Shown: positions 20,122 to 29,475, counted from the first letter of the stretch. The stretch: 60,531 nt of DNA from an uncultured SAR86 cluster bacterium (GCA_902515155.1 CABXTT010000004.1:1-60531); one strand, 5' to 3'. Notes: a model not told the origin generated them from the letters alone. Numbers and translations: made by a program.

Positions 20122-20496
20122 ATGAAAAATTTATTAGCGCTAGTGGTTATAATTTCTATCTCTTCGAATATTTTCGCAGATCATCATAAAGAAGAAGACA
20201 AACCAAAAAGAGAAAATCCTAATCATTTAATGAGTTTTAAGTCTTGCATGGAGACTAAAGCTGGTATTGGTTGGTTTTTATCTGCTGCAGATGATGTGTT
20301 TGATGATATCAAGGTTAATGGTGAAGAAAAAGATAAGTCATGGAATGATGAAAAATGGATAGAGGCTATGGCTTTAGCTGATTTAGCTTCGAATTACTCC
20401 ACAGTTTATGATGTTTGGTGTAAGGACATGATCAATCAAAGAATGAAGATGAGAGAAAATAGAATGAATCATAAAAAACAGAAAACTAAAGATTAA
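20122..20496 (+). CDS. Hypothetical secreted protein
   Basis: Strong RBS, Sec-type signal peptide ending IFA, predicted mature N-terminus DHHKEE, two Cys. Confidence 0.85.
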   Translation: MKNLLALVVIISISSNIFADHHKEEDKPKRENPNHLMSFKSCMETKAGIGWFLSAADDVFDDIKVNGEEKDKSWNDEKWIEAMALADLASNYSTVYDVWCKDMINQRMKMRENRMNHKKQKTKD

Positions 20497-20501
20497 AAAT
20501 A

Positions 20502-20726
20502 TTAAAATTTTCCTCTCTGGAATCTCATTCTTATTGAGTACACCCGTAATAGTGCAACAAAAGTAAGTATTGACTGAGTAAATAGAGATATTGTTATTGG
20601 GTTAGACCAACTCCAGCTGTCTATTGTTAGCCATAATAAAAAAGTTTGAAGTGGAAAATTAATAACTGCTCCCATAAGAACAACTATTACAGCTTCTCTA
20701 AAAGCTATTTTTTCAGTTTTATTCAT
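20502..20726 (-). CDS. Hypothetical two-TM small membrane protein
   Basis: AAGGA RBS, two hydrophobic helices, C-terminal R-x-Y-x-I-R-x-R-F pattern. Confidence 0.75.
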   Translation of the reverse strand: MNKTEKIAFREAVIVVLMGAVINFPLQTFLLWLTIDSWSWSNPITISLFTQSILTFVALLRVYSIRMRFQRGKF

Positions 20727-20738
20727 AATTATTTCCTT

Positions 20739-21062
20739 TTAAATTTTAACTCCAGTTCCATAAGCAAGAATTTCTGATGCTCCTTGAGTAATTGTAGAAG
20801 TTTGAAATCTGAAACCAACAATAGCATTTGCGCCCTTTGACCTAGCATCAATTAACATTCTTTCATATGCTTGTTCTCTAGCCGATGCTAATAATTTAGA
20901 ATACCCCACAAGCTCGCCACCAACAATATTTTTAAGAGTGGCAAACATGTCTGATCCAAAATTTCTGGATCGAACCGTACTTCCTTGAACTATTCCAATA
21001 TGTTCAAGAATATTTTTTCCTGCTATTTCATTCGATGATACTACTACGATATTTTCTGTCAT
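20739..21062 (-). CDS. ybjQ: YbjQ (UPF0145) putative heavy-metal-binding protein
   Basis: LKNIVGGEL, AREQAYERM, GANAIVG and EILAYGTGV. Confidence 0.9.
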   Translation of the reverse strand: MTENIVVVSSNEIAGKNILEHIGIVQGSTVRSRNFGSDMFATLKNIVGGELVGYSKLLASAREQAYERMLIDARSKGANAIVGFRFQTSTITQGASEILAYGTGVKI

Positions 21063-21098
21063 GACAAAATCCCTAAAATGGTTTAACTTATAAATATA

Positions 21099-21431
21099 AT
21101 GAAGAAATTAATAGAAGCAAGGTTTTCTATAGGAAATATTGTAAAACATAAGTATTTAAATTTTAGAGGTGTTATTTTTGATTTAGATCCAGAGTTCAAA
21201 AATACTGAGGAATGGTATTTGGCAATACCAGAACAAATTAGGCCAAAAAAAGAACAACCTTTCTACCATATATTTGCAGAAAACGAAGAAATTTTTTATA
21301 TAGCCTACGTCTCAGAACAAAATTTAATTCTAGATGATTCGGGTTTGCCGGCCAATCATCCTGACATTAAACAAATTTTTTCAGATTTTGATGGAAAGTC
21401 ATATATGCCTCATGAAAGGGCAAAAAATTAA
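21099..21431 (+). CDS. hspQ: Heat shock protein HspQ (YccV-like)
   Basis: RFSIGNIVKH, FRGVIFDLDP, QPFYHIF and AYVSEQNL. Confidence 0.9.
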   Translation: MKKLIEARFSIGNIVKHKYLNFRGVIFDLDPEFKNTEEWYLAIPEQIRPKKEQPFYHIFAENEEIFYIAYVSEQNLILDDSGLPANHPDIKQIFSDFDGKSYMPHERAKN

Positions 21432-22639
21432 GTTTTAAGTCCAAGATGAGCCACTTGGACAGATGTGATGAATACATCCATGGCAATTTTTAATTCATCT
21501 TCATCTATAAAAGTCGGAGCAATTCTGATGATATTATTATTTGGGTCATTGCTGTTGGGGAATGTGGCACCAGCGGGAGTAAGTGATACACCTAACACGG
21601 AACAAAGCTCTATAACCTCAGATGCAATTGGTTTGGATGTCTTGTATGTTATGAAATAGCCGCCTGTTGGTTTTGAAAAAGTTCCATAATCATCTGAAAT
21701 ACTTCCTAAAATTTCATACGAAGTTTCAAATTTAGGCCTTATAAGATTTGCATGCTTGGTCATATGGCTCTCAATATCCTCTTTATTTTTAAATAAATCT
21801 ACATGTCTTTGTTGATTTATTTTGTCAGGACATATGACCATTGAAAGTCGCGTTTTTTTAATAAGATCTAAATTATCTCCATCGGCAGCTAAGAAAGATA
21901 GGCCACCACCACCAAAAGTAACTTTTGAGAATGACGTAACAATAACCGTTTGATTATTAGTATTATTATTTAATGCAAGTTGCCACGTAGGTGTTTGTTT
22001 TTTTGTCGGTAAAAAATCATGAATTAAGTATGCGTGATCAAAAAGAAATAAAAACTTATCTGAGTAGGCTTTTCCGATGGTAAAAATCCCATTGATATTT
22101 TCATCCGTATAAACCTCACCAGAAGGATTTGAATGTCTAGGAACGCATATTATTCCCATTACATTTTGATTTTCATCTAAAACATTTTTTAACTTTGCAA
22201 GATCAACTCCGTCTTCGATAAGTGGAACAGTTATTACTTCGATGTCAAAATCGTCAAATATTCTAAAATGCCTATCAAATCCTGGAACAGGACAAATAAA
22301 TTTTGGTTTCTCGAGACTCTTCCATGAAGAGGGTTTGCCATGAATATAATGAGCTAGTATCGTTTGATAGCTGAGTAATAAGCTAGATTGTTCGCCTGCA
22401 ATTATATTTCCTATTGGAGCGTCCAGTAAACTAGCTCCTAGCTCTCTAGCTGCTTTGATTCCACTTGGCTCACCATAATTTCTTAAATCAACGCCGTCGT
22501 CAGTTATTGGTTCAACATTCATTTTTAACAACTTGTTTGATAGATCTAATTGAGAGGAGTCGGGCTTACCCCTAGTTATATCTATATTAAGCCCTTTGGA
22601 CTTTAAATCTTTAAAATGGTTTAGAATTGACTCAGACAT
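21428..22639 (-). CDS. PLP-dependent aspartate aminotransferase of the Corynebacterium AspAT / Rv3722c type
   Basis: DITRGKP, DLRNYG, VPGFDRHF, SNPSG, SFSKVTF, PTGGYF, GATFP and IRIAPT. Confidence 0.85.
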   Translation of the reverse strand: MSESILNHFKDLKSKGLNIDITRGKPDSSQLDLSNKLLKMNVEPITDDGVDLRNYGEPSGIKAARELGASLLDAPIGNIIAGEQSSLLLSYQTILAHYIHGKPSSWKSLEKPKFICPVPGFDRHFRIFDDFDIEVITVPLIEDGVDLAKLKNVLDENQNVMGIICVPRHSNPSGEVYTDENINGIFTIGKAYSDKFLFLFDHAYLIHDFLPTKKQTPTWQLALNNNTNNQTVIVTSFSKVTFGGGGLSFLAADGDNLDLIKKTRLSMVICPDKINQQRHVDLFKNKEDIESHMTKHANLIRPKFETSYEILGSISDDYGTFSKPTGGYFITYKTSKPIASEVIELCSVLGVSLTPAGATFPNSNDPNNNIIRIAPTFIDEDELKIAMDVFITSVQVAHLGLKT

Positions 22640-22673
22640 AGTATGAGAGATATTTTAATGGAATAATAAGATT

Positions 22674-23780
22674 ATGTTACAAGAAAGTTTAATTCTTATA
22701 GGTTTTATTGCAGTCATTGCTGTTGTTTTGATCGCTTTTGCAATTTTTTTAAACAAAAATAATAACAAAGTAATTGAAATGAATTTTGTAAACCTTGCAA
22801 ATAAAATCCTTGAAGAAAAAAATGATACCTTGTCTAAAAATAATTTTGATAGGTTAAATGAGACGCTAGCCCCTTTTAAAGATCAGATAAAAGACCTTAA
22901 TACTCAAATTATTGAACTTAAAAAGGAGCAATCGGCAGCAAAGCAAAGCTTTACAGATGAAGTCAGTAAAGTTATTGAACAAACGAATAAAATAAGTATT
23001 GACGCTGATAATCTTACAAGTGCCTTAAAAGGTGATTCAAAGTCCCAGGGCTTGTGGGGTGAGCAACTTTTAGAAAAAACTCTTGAAGAATCTGGATTAA
23101 GAAAGGGAAGAGATTACGAAGTTCAGAAAGGTTTCAAAAGTGATAAAGGCAATATTGTTATACCAGATGCGGTGATATATTTACCTGGAGATAGAAATAT
23201 TATTATTGATTCTAAAGTTTCACTGACAGCATATTCAAAATATGTTGATGCGGAAGATGAACAAAAAAAAGAAAAATACTTAAAAGACCACATCAATTCG
23301 TTAAAAGATCATCTTAAAAATTTATCTTCTAAAAATTACAGAGATATACCTACACTAAATTCTCCAGATTATGTTTTGATGTTTATACCAGTCGAGTCTG
23401 CTCTCTCTCTTGCATTATCGAATGATTGGGACTTGCAAAGAATAGCTATGCAAAATCAGATGGGCTTTGTGACTCCTACCAATCTAATAGCAATTCTAAG
23501 AATGGCTGAAAGTTTATGGCGTTTAGATTCACAAAACGAAAATGCAGCAAGAATTGCTAAAAGAGCTGGTCATTTGATTGATAAATTTTCAGGCCTAAGT
23601 GAAGATATCTCAAGTATTGGTAAATATTTAAGACTAGCTGAAAGATCGTTTGAAGGTGCAGAAAATAAACTTTCTCAAGGAAAAGGTAATCTATTTGATC
23701 AAATCAAAGAGTTGGAGTCTTTAGGAGCAAAATCAAAAAAAATTATAGATCAACCCAAAAATATAAATATTAAAGATTAA
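22674..23780 (+). CDS. rmuC: DNA recombination protein RmuC
   Basis: N-terminal TM plus coiled coil, QGLWGEQLLE, PDAVIYLP, IDSKVSL and DYVLMFIPVE. Confidence 0.93.
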   Translation: MLQESLILIGFIAVIAVVLIAFAIFLNKNNNKVIEMNFVNLANKILEEKNDTLSKNNFDRLNETLAPFKDQIKDLNTQIIELKKEQSAAKQSFTDEVSKVIEQTNKISIDADNLTSALKGDSKSQGLWGEQLLEKTLEESGLRKGRDYEVQKGFKSDKGNIVIPDAVIYLPGDRNIIIDSKVSLTAYSKYVDAEDEQKKEKYLKDHINSLKDHLKNLSSKNYRDIPTLNSPDYVLMFIPVESALSLALSNDWDLQRIAMQNQMGFVTPTNLIAILRMAESLWRLDSQNENAARIAKRAGHLIDKFSGLSEDISSIGKYLRLAERSFEGAENKLSQGKGNLFDQIKELESLGAKSKKIIDQPKNINIKD

Positions 23781-23781
23781 T

Positions 23782-25335
23782 ATGTATCATCTAAGATTAT
23801 GGAGTTATCTCTCCTTACCATGGCTAGCATTTGCTCTAATTTTCTTTTTTGGATTTTTCTATTCTGCATTTTTCTATGAAATTGATACACAATTTTTATC
23901 TTCTAAATATCTTTTTTCTTTGTTTAAAAACACCTTAGTTCTATCAATAACAACTGGCTTCATTTCTGCTTTGATAGCAGTTCCTTTGGCAATAATTGTA
24001 ACTTTGTATAAATTTCCTGGACATAATTTTTTTAGTTGGGCACTAAGTCTATCCATAGCTTTCCCTGCCTATATCTATGCATTTATATTTGTTGGAACAT
24101 TTGAATATGCTGGACCTCTTGCAACTTTTTTTAGAGAGAATGGAATATATCTACCATCAATAAAAAATTTATTTGGTGCCTCTGTTGTTATGTCAATGGC
24201 ATTATTCCCATACATATATCTTTTAGCTAAAGCCCAATTAGCCTCAATGGGAGTCTCATTATTTAAGGCTGCAAAAACTTTGGGAAATACAAATTATCAA
24301 GCTATAAAAAAAATAATTATCCCATCATTATGGCCAGCTATTCTAGCTGGAGTAATACTGGTCATTTTAGAAACAATTGCTGATTTTGGTGGAGTTTCAA
24401 CTTTAAACATAAATACATTCACAGTTGGAATCTATAATGCCTGGTTTGGTTACCAAAGCTATTATTCGGGAGCAAGATTGGCGGCATATTTATTGATATT
24501 CGTATTTTTCTTTCTATTCTTAAGTAAATTTCTTTACAGAAGTAATCACTCAGTTGCATCTTCTACTGCAGAAAGATATGAAAAAATTAAGCCAAAGACT
24601 TTTATTCAATATTTATTTACTTTTATTTGTTCTTTAATATTTTTGATCACTTTTTGCTTACCTTTATATCAAGTTATTGATTGGGCAATACTTAATGAAT
24701 ATGGTTCATTAATTAGCAATTTCAAAGTTTTTATTAACTCCATTGCGCTTGGGATAATTGCTTCATTCTTAACAGTTTCTATTTCGATAATACTCGCTTT
24801 AAGTTTTATTAATGCTAAGAAGTTAAGATTATTGATTACTTTATCCTCCTCTGGATATGCCGTACCAGGCTCCGTAATTGCTGCTGGATTATTGGTAAGT
24901 TTTAATTCAATTTTTAATGTTTCAATTACAACATTCGGAATTATAGGCTTAATTCTTTGTCTTGCTTTGCGATTTATAACACCAGCTTTTAAATATTTGA
25001 CAGCTTCGTTGAATAATATATCTCCTTCTTCACAAAATGCGCTATCGGGATTTTCAGTATCAAGTTTAAAAGCATTCTTATTGTTTTATTTTCCACAAAT
25101 GAGGCCTGCAATCTTAATGAGTATGCTGGTTGTATTTATTGAAGTTATAAAAGAACAACCAGCTACGCTTTTGTTGAGGCCTGTTGGATTTGAAACTTTA
25201 TCATCTAAAATATATAACTACACAAGTGAGGGCCAATGGATACTTGCTTCACTCCCTAGTTTATTTTTGATAATGATTTGTTTGGTACTTGTCTATATTC
25301 TTAATAAGAATATCGATTCGGAAATAAATAACTGA
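23782..25335 (+). CDS. Fe(III) ABC transporter permease (FbpB/SfuB-like)
   Basis: Duplicated permease domains; FPAYIYAF, ETIADFG, GYAVPGSV and KEQPATLLLRP. Confidence 0.85.
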   Translation: MYHLRLWSYLSLPWLAFALIFFFGFFYSAFFYEIDTQFLSSKYLFSLFKNTLVLSITTGFISALIAVPLAIIVTLYKFPGHNFFSWALSLSIAFPAYIYAFIFVGTFEYAGPLATFFRENGIYLPSIKNLFGASVVMSMALFPYIYLLAKAQLASMGVSLFKAAKTLGNTNYQAIKKIIIPSLWPAILAGVILVILETIADFGGVSTLNINTFTVGIYNAWFGYQSYYSGARLAAYLLIFVFFFLFLSKFLYRSNHSVASSTAERYEKIKPKTFIQYLFTFICSLIFLITFCLPLYQVIDWAILNEYGSLISNFKVFINSIALGIIASFLTVSISIILALSFINAKKLRLLITLSSSGYAVPGSVIAAGLLVSFNSIFNVSITTFGIIGLILCLALRFITPAFKYLTASLNNISPSSQNALSGFSVSSLKAFLLFYFPQMRPAILMSMLVVFIEVIKEQPATLLLRPVGFETLSSKIYNYTSEGQWILASLPSLFLIMICLVLVYILNKNIDSEINN

Positions 25336-25371
25336 CAGACTCAATCAATCGTTTTAACTTTTAATTTTAAG

Positions 25372-26028
25372 CTAAGGTAGATCTATAATTTCCCATCCTC
25401 TAGATATGCATTCATGCCTGAGTTTTGAATCTGGATTAACTCCAACCGCTTTTTCTACAGCACATAAAAGAGGAAGATCGTTGATTGAGTCAGAATAAAA
25501 TGTTGTGCCATCAAAATTAATGAAATTATTTTCAAGCATCCACTCTCTTACTAACTTTAGTTTGCCCTCTCCCAATGCTGCTGGCTTTATAATTCTTCCT
25601 GTTAACTCACCACCGACAGTCTCAGGAATTGTTGCTATAACATTTTTAAAGTCTAGCCTTTTTGCAATTATATCTACAAGAATCTTATTAGTAGCAGAAG
25701 CTAGAAGAAGTTCATCATTATTCTCATAGTGTTCATGAATTAATCTCAGTGCATAAACATTTATCATTGGCTCAATAACGCTTGATAGGTATTCTTCAAA
25801 GATTACAGAAATTTTTTCCTTACCAATCTCAATAAAAGAACCAATTGCAAAAGAGGAATATTCGTATATGTCTAAGGTTCCTTGATTGTATTGATTAAAA
25901 AAGTAGTCATTTTTATCTTTATATTTTTTGACATCAACTATCTCTTTTTCAATTAGAAATTGTATCCATGAGTAGTCCGAATCTCCTCTAAGAATGGTAT
26001 TATCAAGGTCAAATATAGTTAATTTCAT
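25372..26028 (-). CDS. HAD-IB hydrolase (possible HAD-type histidinol-phosphatase)
   Basis: FDLDNT, GDSD, FYSDSINDLPLL and VNPD; divergent from rppH as in pseudomonads. Confidence 0.85.
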   Translation of the reverse strand: MKLTIFDLDNTILRGDSDYSWIQFLIEKEIVDVKKYKDKNDYFFNQYNQGTLDIYEYSSFAIGSFIEIGKEKISVIFEEYLSSVIEPMINVYALRLIHEHYENNDELLLASATNKILVDIIAKRLDFKNVIATIPETVGGELTGRIIKPAALGEGKLKLVREWMLENNFINFDGTTFYSDSINDLPLLCAVEKAVGVNPDSKLRHECISRGWEIIDLP

Positions 26029-26042
26029 TCAGTACTTTTTTT

Positions 26043-26531
26043 ATGATTAAAGAGCCCGGTTACAGATTAAATGTTGGTTTAATTATTCTTAATGATAATG
26101 GTAAATTGCTCCTGTGCAAAAGAAAAGATGTTAATAGTTGGCAGTTCCCTCAAGGGGGCATTGATTTCAATGAGAATCCCTCCAAAGCTGCAAAACGTGA
26201 ATTATTTGAAGAGGTTGGAATTAAATCAACTTCTGTAAAATTAATAAAAGAGATGGGAGAATGGGTTAAATATGATATTCCAAAAAAAAGTAGAAGACGA
26301 AATTTTTTAAAGAAAAAAATTAAAGGTCAGAAGCAAAAGTGGTTTATGTATAAATTAAAAGAAAATACTTCTATAAGTTTTGAAAATGATCCTGATAAGG
26401 AGTTTGATGATTATAAATGGGTTTCTTATTGGTACCCCTTATATTCTATCGTCTCTTTTAAAAAAGAGGTTTACAGAAAAGTATTAAATAGTCTTAGTTC
26501 ATCTTTTTGCAATGAGTTTAATCATGATTGA
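26043..26531 (+). CDS. rppH: RNA pyrophosphohydrolase
   Basis: YRLNVG, WQFPQGGID, RELFEEVG Nudix box, GQKQKWF and FKKEVY. Confidence 0.95.
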   Translation: MIKEPGYRLNVGLIILNDNGKLLLCKRKDVNSWQFPQGGIDFNENPSKAAKRELFEEVGIKSTSVKLIKEMGEWVKYDIPKKSRRRNFLKKKIKGQKQKWFMYKLKENTSISFENDPDKEFDDYKWVSYWYPLYSIVSFKKEVYRKVLNSLSSSFCNEFNHD

Positions 26532-27315
26532 AGGATTGATAATATTTTCATTCCTTGGAATGTTTGTTGGCTTGGTAGCCGGCATGTTTGGTATTGGAGG
26601 AGGAACATTAATAGTTCCAGTACTCATAGCAAGTTTTTTAAGTTATGGGTTTGAAGAGACAGTTATTATTCATCTTGCCATTGGCTCATCGATGGCAAGC
26701 ATTTTTTTTACAGGTATTGCGTCTGCATATGCTCATAAAAAGAAAGATGCAATAGATTTTGATATTTTAAAACCTGTTACTTTTGGTATTATTTTTGGTG
26801 CTTTCTTAGGTGCTTTATTTGCACTTCAGCTAAGTGGAGACTTATTAAAAAAAATAATCGCATTTTTTGCATTATTTGCAGCTATTCGTATTGGATTAAG
26901 TATTGAATTTAAATCTGATAATAAAAAACCCAAAAACTTATTATCCTATTTAGCTGGCTCTGGTATAGGTTTTTTATCATCAATATTAGGTATAGGGGGT
27001 GGTATGTTTTCTGTACCTTACTTTAAGGGCTATGGATTAAGTATGAAAATTAGCGTTGGAACTGCGGCTGCTTGTGGAATACCAATAGCACTTTTTGCAT
27101 CATTTGGATATTTTTTTATGGGCCTGAATAATACTTCTTTACCAAATTTAAGTTTAGGTTATATTTATATTCCAGCAGTATTAGGTATTTCCATGACAAG
27201 TGTTTTTGCTGCCAAGTATGGAGCATATTTGGCCCATTATTTAAAAGAGAATACTCTTAAGAGATTAATGGTATCTTTACTTTTAATTATTTGTTTATAC
27301 ATGGCGATAATATGA
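26524..27315 (+). CDS. Sulfite exporter TauE/SafE family membrane protein
   Basis: Duplicated GxxGIGGG motifs; LAIGSS. Confidence 0.9.
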   Translation: MIEGLIIFSFLGMFVGLVAGMFGIGGGTLIVPVLIASFLSYGFEETVIIHLAIGSSMASIFFTGIASAYAHKKKDAIDFDILKPVTFGIIFGAFLGALFALQLSGDLLKKIIAFFALFAAIRIGLSIEFKSDNKKPKNLLSYLAGSGIGFLSSILGIGGGMFSVPYFKGYGLSMKISVGTAAACGIPIALFASFGYFFMGLNNTSLPNLSLGYIYIPAVLGISMTSVFAAKYGAYLAHYLKENTLKRLMVSLLLIICLYMAII

Positions 27316-28109
27316 TTATTGAATTATCTGAATTTTTTAACAATCCAAGCTTAATTAGCATTGGTCCTTTAAGAGTTCAATATTATGCGATTACATGGCT
27401 TGCATCAGCTATTTTTATTTACATGTTTCTTAAAACAAATAAGATAATCATTGAGCTTGGGCTAGATAAGGAAAAGGTTAATGATATGGTCTTCTTATAT
27501 GGCTTATTCTTTGGAGCTATTTGTGGAGGAAGAATTGGCTATATGTTTTTCTATGGCAACGCTCAATTAATTGAGAATCCTTTATCTCTTTTTTATGTTT
27601 GGCAAGGAGGTCTTAGTTTTCATGGCGGCCTTGCTGGAGTAGTTGCCAGTTTGTTCATCTTTTCTAGAAAAAATAGTGTTGAGTTTCTTAGATTAATGGA
27701 TGCAGTCGCTTTATCCATGCCAATAGGACTAGGCTTAGTTAGGATAGGAAATTTCTTAAATGGAGAGCTGTATGGAAGACAGACAGACGGTGGTTGGGGT
27801 TTTATCTTTCCTACAGATCCTTTTGGTTTCCTAAGGCACCCTTCTCAACTCTATGAAAGTTTTGGTGAAGGTTTTTTATTATTTTTTTTATTACTTTTCA
27901 TCTCAAAAATTTCAAAAGCTCATGGGGTAGTTTGTTCGTCATTTCTCATACTTTATGGAGCAATAAGATTTATAATTGAATTCTTTAGGCAGCCTGATGC
28001 TCACATAGGTTTTGTAGTATTGGATTATATAAGTATGGGGCAGCTACTTTGCATACCAATGATAATTATTGGTCTAGTAATGTTAGTTTTTACAAGGAAA
28101 AAAGTATGA
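27312..28109 (+). CDS. lgt: Prolipoprotein diacylglyceryl transferase
   Basis: GGRIGY, WQGGLSFHGG, RIGNFLNGELYGR, RHPSQLYE and EFFRQPD. Confidence 0.96.
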   Translation: MIIELSEFFNNPSLISIGPLRVQYYAITWLASAIFIYMFLKTNKIIIELGLDKEKVNDMVFLYGLFFGAICGGRIGYMFFYGNAQLIENPLSLFYVWQGGLSFHGGLAGVVASLFIFSRKNSVEFLRLMDAVALSMPIGLGLVRIGNFLNGELYGRQTDGGWGFIFPTDPFGFLRHPSQLYESFGEGFLLFFLLLFISKISKAHGVVCSSFLILYGAIRFIIEFFRQPDAHIGFVVLDYISMGQLLCIPMIIIGLVMLVFTRKKV

Positions 28110-28969
28110 AAGCTTATCTAGATCTCCTCGAATATATTTTGATTAATGGGGATGAAAAGAACGACAGAACTAATACAGGTACTATCTCCTCTTTTGGTCA
28201 TCAATTAGATTTTGATTTAGAGCAAGGTTTTCCTGCTGTAACTACAAAAGCCCTGGCTTGGAAAGGTGTGGTCTCGGAATTAATTTGGTTCCTAGAGGGT
28301 TCTAGTGATGAAAGAAGATTGGCAGAAATAAGATTTGGTAAAGATAGAAAAGAGCTTACAGATTTAAATAAATATTCAACGATTTGGACAGATAATGCAG
28401 ATAAACAAGGAAAAGCTTTAGGTTATGAGAATAACTCTCTTGTGAAGAAATTAGGTCCTGTATATGGCTCTCAATGGCGTGATTGGGGAGGAGTTGATCA
28501 AGTTAAGAAGTTATTGAAAGACTTAAAGGAAAACCCTGATGGAAGAAGACATATATTATCTGCGTGGAATGTTGGTGAATTAGATAATATGGCCTTGCCA
28601 CCATGTCATGTAATGTCACAATTTTATATTAATAACGGCACTATAAGTTGTCATATGTATCAAAGGAGTGCAGATATGTTTCTAGGAGTTCCTTTCAATA
28701 TTGCTAGTTATGCTTTGTTGCTTTACATTTTTGCTGAGATATTAAAATTAACTCCAAAACGATTTATACATTCTTTTGGTGATGCGCATATTTATAAGAA
28801 TTCTATTGAGCAGGCAAAAGAACAAATCTCAAGAGAGCCATTAAATCTGCCCTCTCTAAGCATTCCTAAGCTTCAATCTTTAGAAGATTTATCTAAATTT
28901 GGAGTAGAAGATTTCAAGCTGATAAATTATAAACATCATCCTGCTATAAAGGCAGACATGGCAGTATAA
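28106..28969 (+). CDS. thyA: Thymidylate synthase (T4-phage-like sequence type)
   Basis: DRTNTGT, MALPPCH, YQRSADMFLGVPFNIASY and GDAHIY; start reset to MKAY (ATGA overlap with lgt). Confidence 0.96.
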   Translation: MKAYLDLLEYILINGDEKNDRTNTGTISSFGHQLDFDLEQGFPAVTTKALAWKGVVSELIWFLEGSSDERRLAEIRFGKDRKELTDLNKYSTIWTDNADKQGKALGYENNSLVKKLGPVYGSQWRDWGGVDQVKKLLKDLKENPDGRRHILSAWNVGELDNMALPPCHVMSQFYINNGTISCHMYQRSADMFLGVPFNIASYALLLYIFAEILKLTPKRFIHSFGDAHIYKNSIEQAKEQISREPLNLPSLSIPKLQSLEDLSKFGVEDFKLINYKHHPAIKADMAV

Positions 28970-28971
28970 AA

Positions 28972-29475
28972 ATGATAATTTCTCATGTAGTAGCAATGTC
29001 TAATAATAATGTCATCGGTGTTGATAATAATCTCCCATGGAGTTTAAAGACAGATCTTGCACATTTCAAAGAATATACATCAAATAAAATAATAATAATG
29101 GGTAGAAAAACATATGAATCTATTGGAAGACCATTACCAAATAGAACGAATTATATTGTCTCAAGAACTTTAAATAGTGTTGCAGGAGCATATGTATTTA
29201 ATAACCTTGAAGATTCTATACAGGCTGCAAAAGAACTGAGCACTGAAAATAATGAACAATCTGAGGTAGTAATTATTGGAGGTGGTTATTTATTTAGGGA
29301 CACAATAAGTACTTTTAATAAACTTGTTCTTACTAGAGTTGACTGTGATATTGAGGGAGATGTTTATTACCCAAGCATAGATTTTGGTGAGTGGCGCCTT
29401 ACCACTTCCACTTCATTTAAAAAAGATAGTGACAATGATTATGACTTTAGAGTAGAAGAATATATAAAATTATGA
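28972..29475 (+). CDS. folA: Dihydrofolate reductase
   Basis: VIGVDNNLPW, IMGRKTYESIGRPLPNR, IIGGG and GDVYYP. Confidence 0.96.
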   Translation: MIISHVVAMSNNNVIGVDNNLPWSLKTDLAHFKEYTSNKIIIMGRKTYESIGRPLPNRTNYIVSRTLNSVAGAYVFNNLEDSIQAAKELSTENNEQSEVVIIGGGYLFRDTISTFNKLVLTRVDCDIEGDVYYPSIDFGEWRLTTSTSFKKDSDNDYDFRVEEYIKL

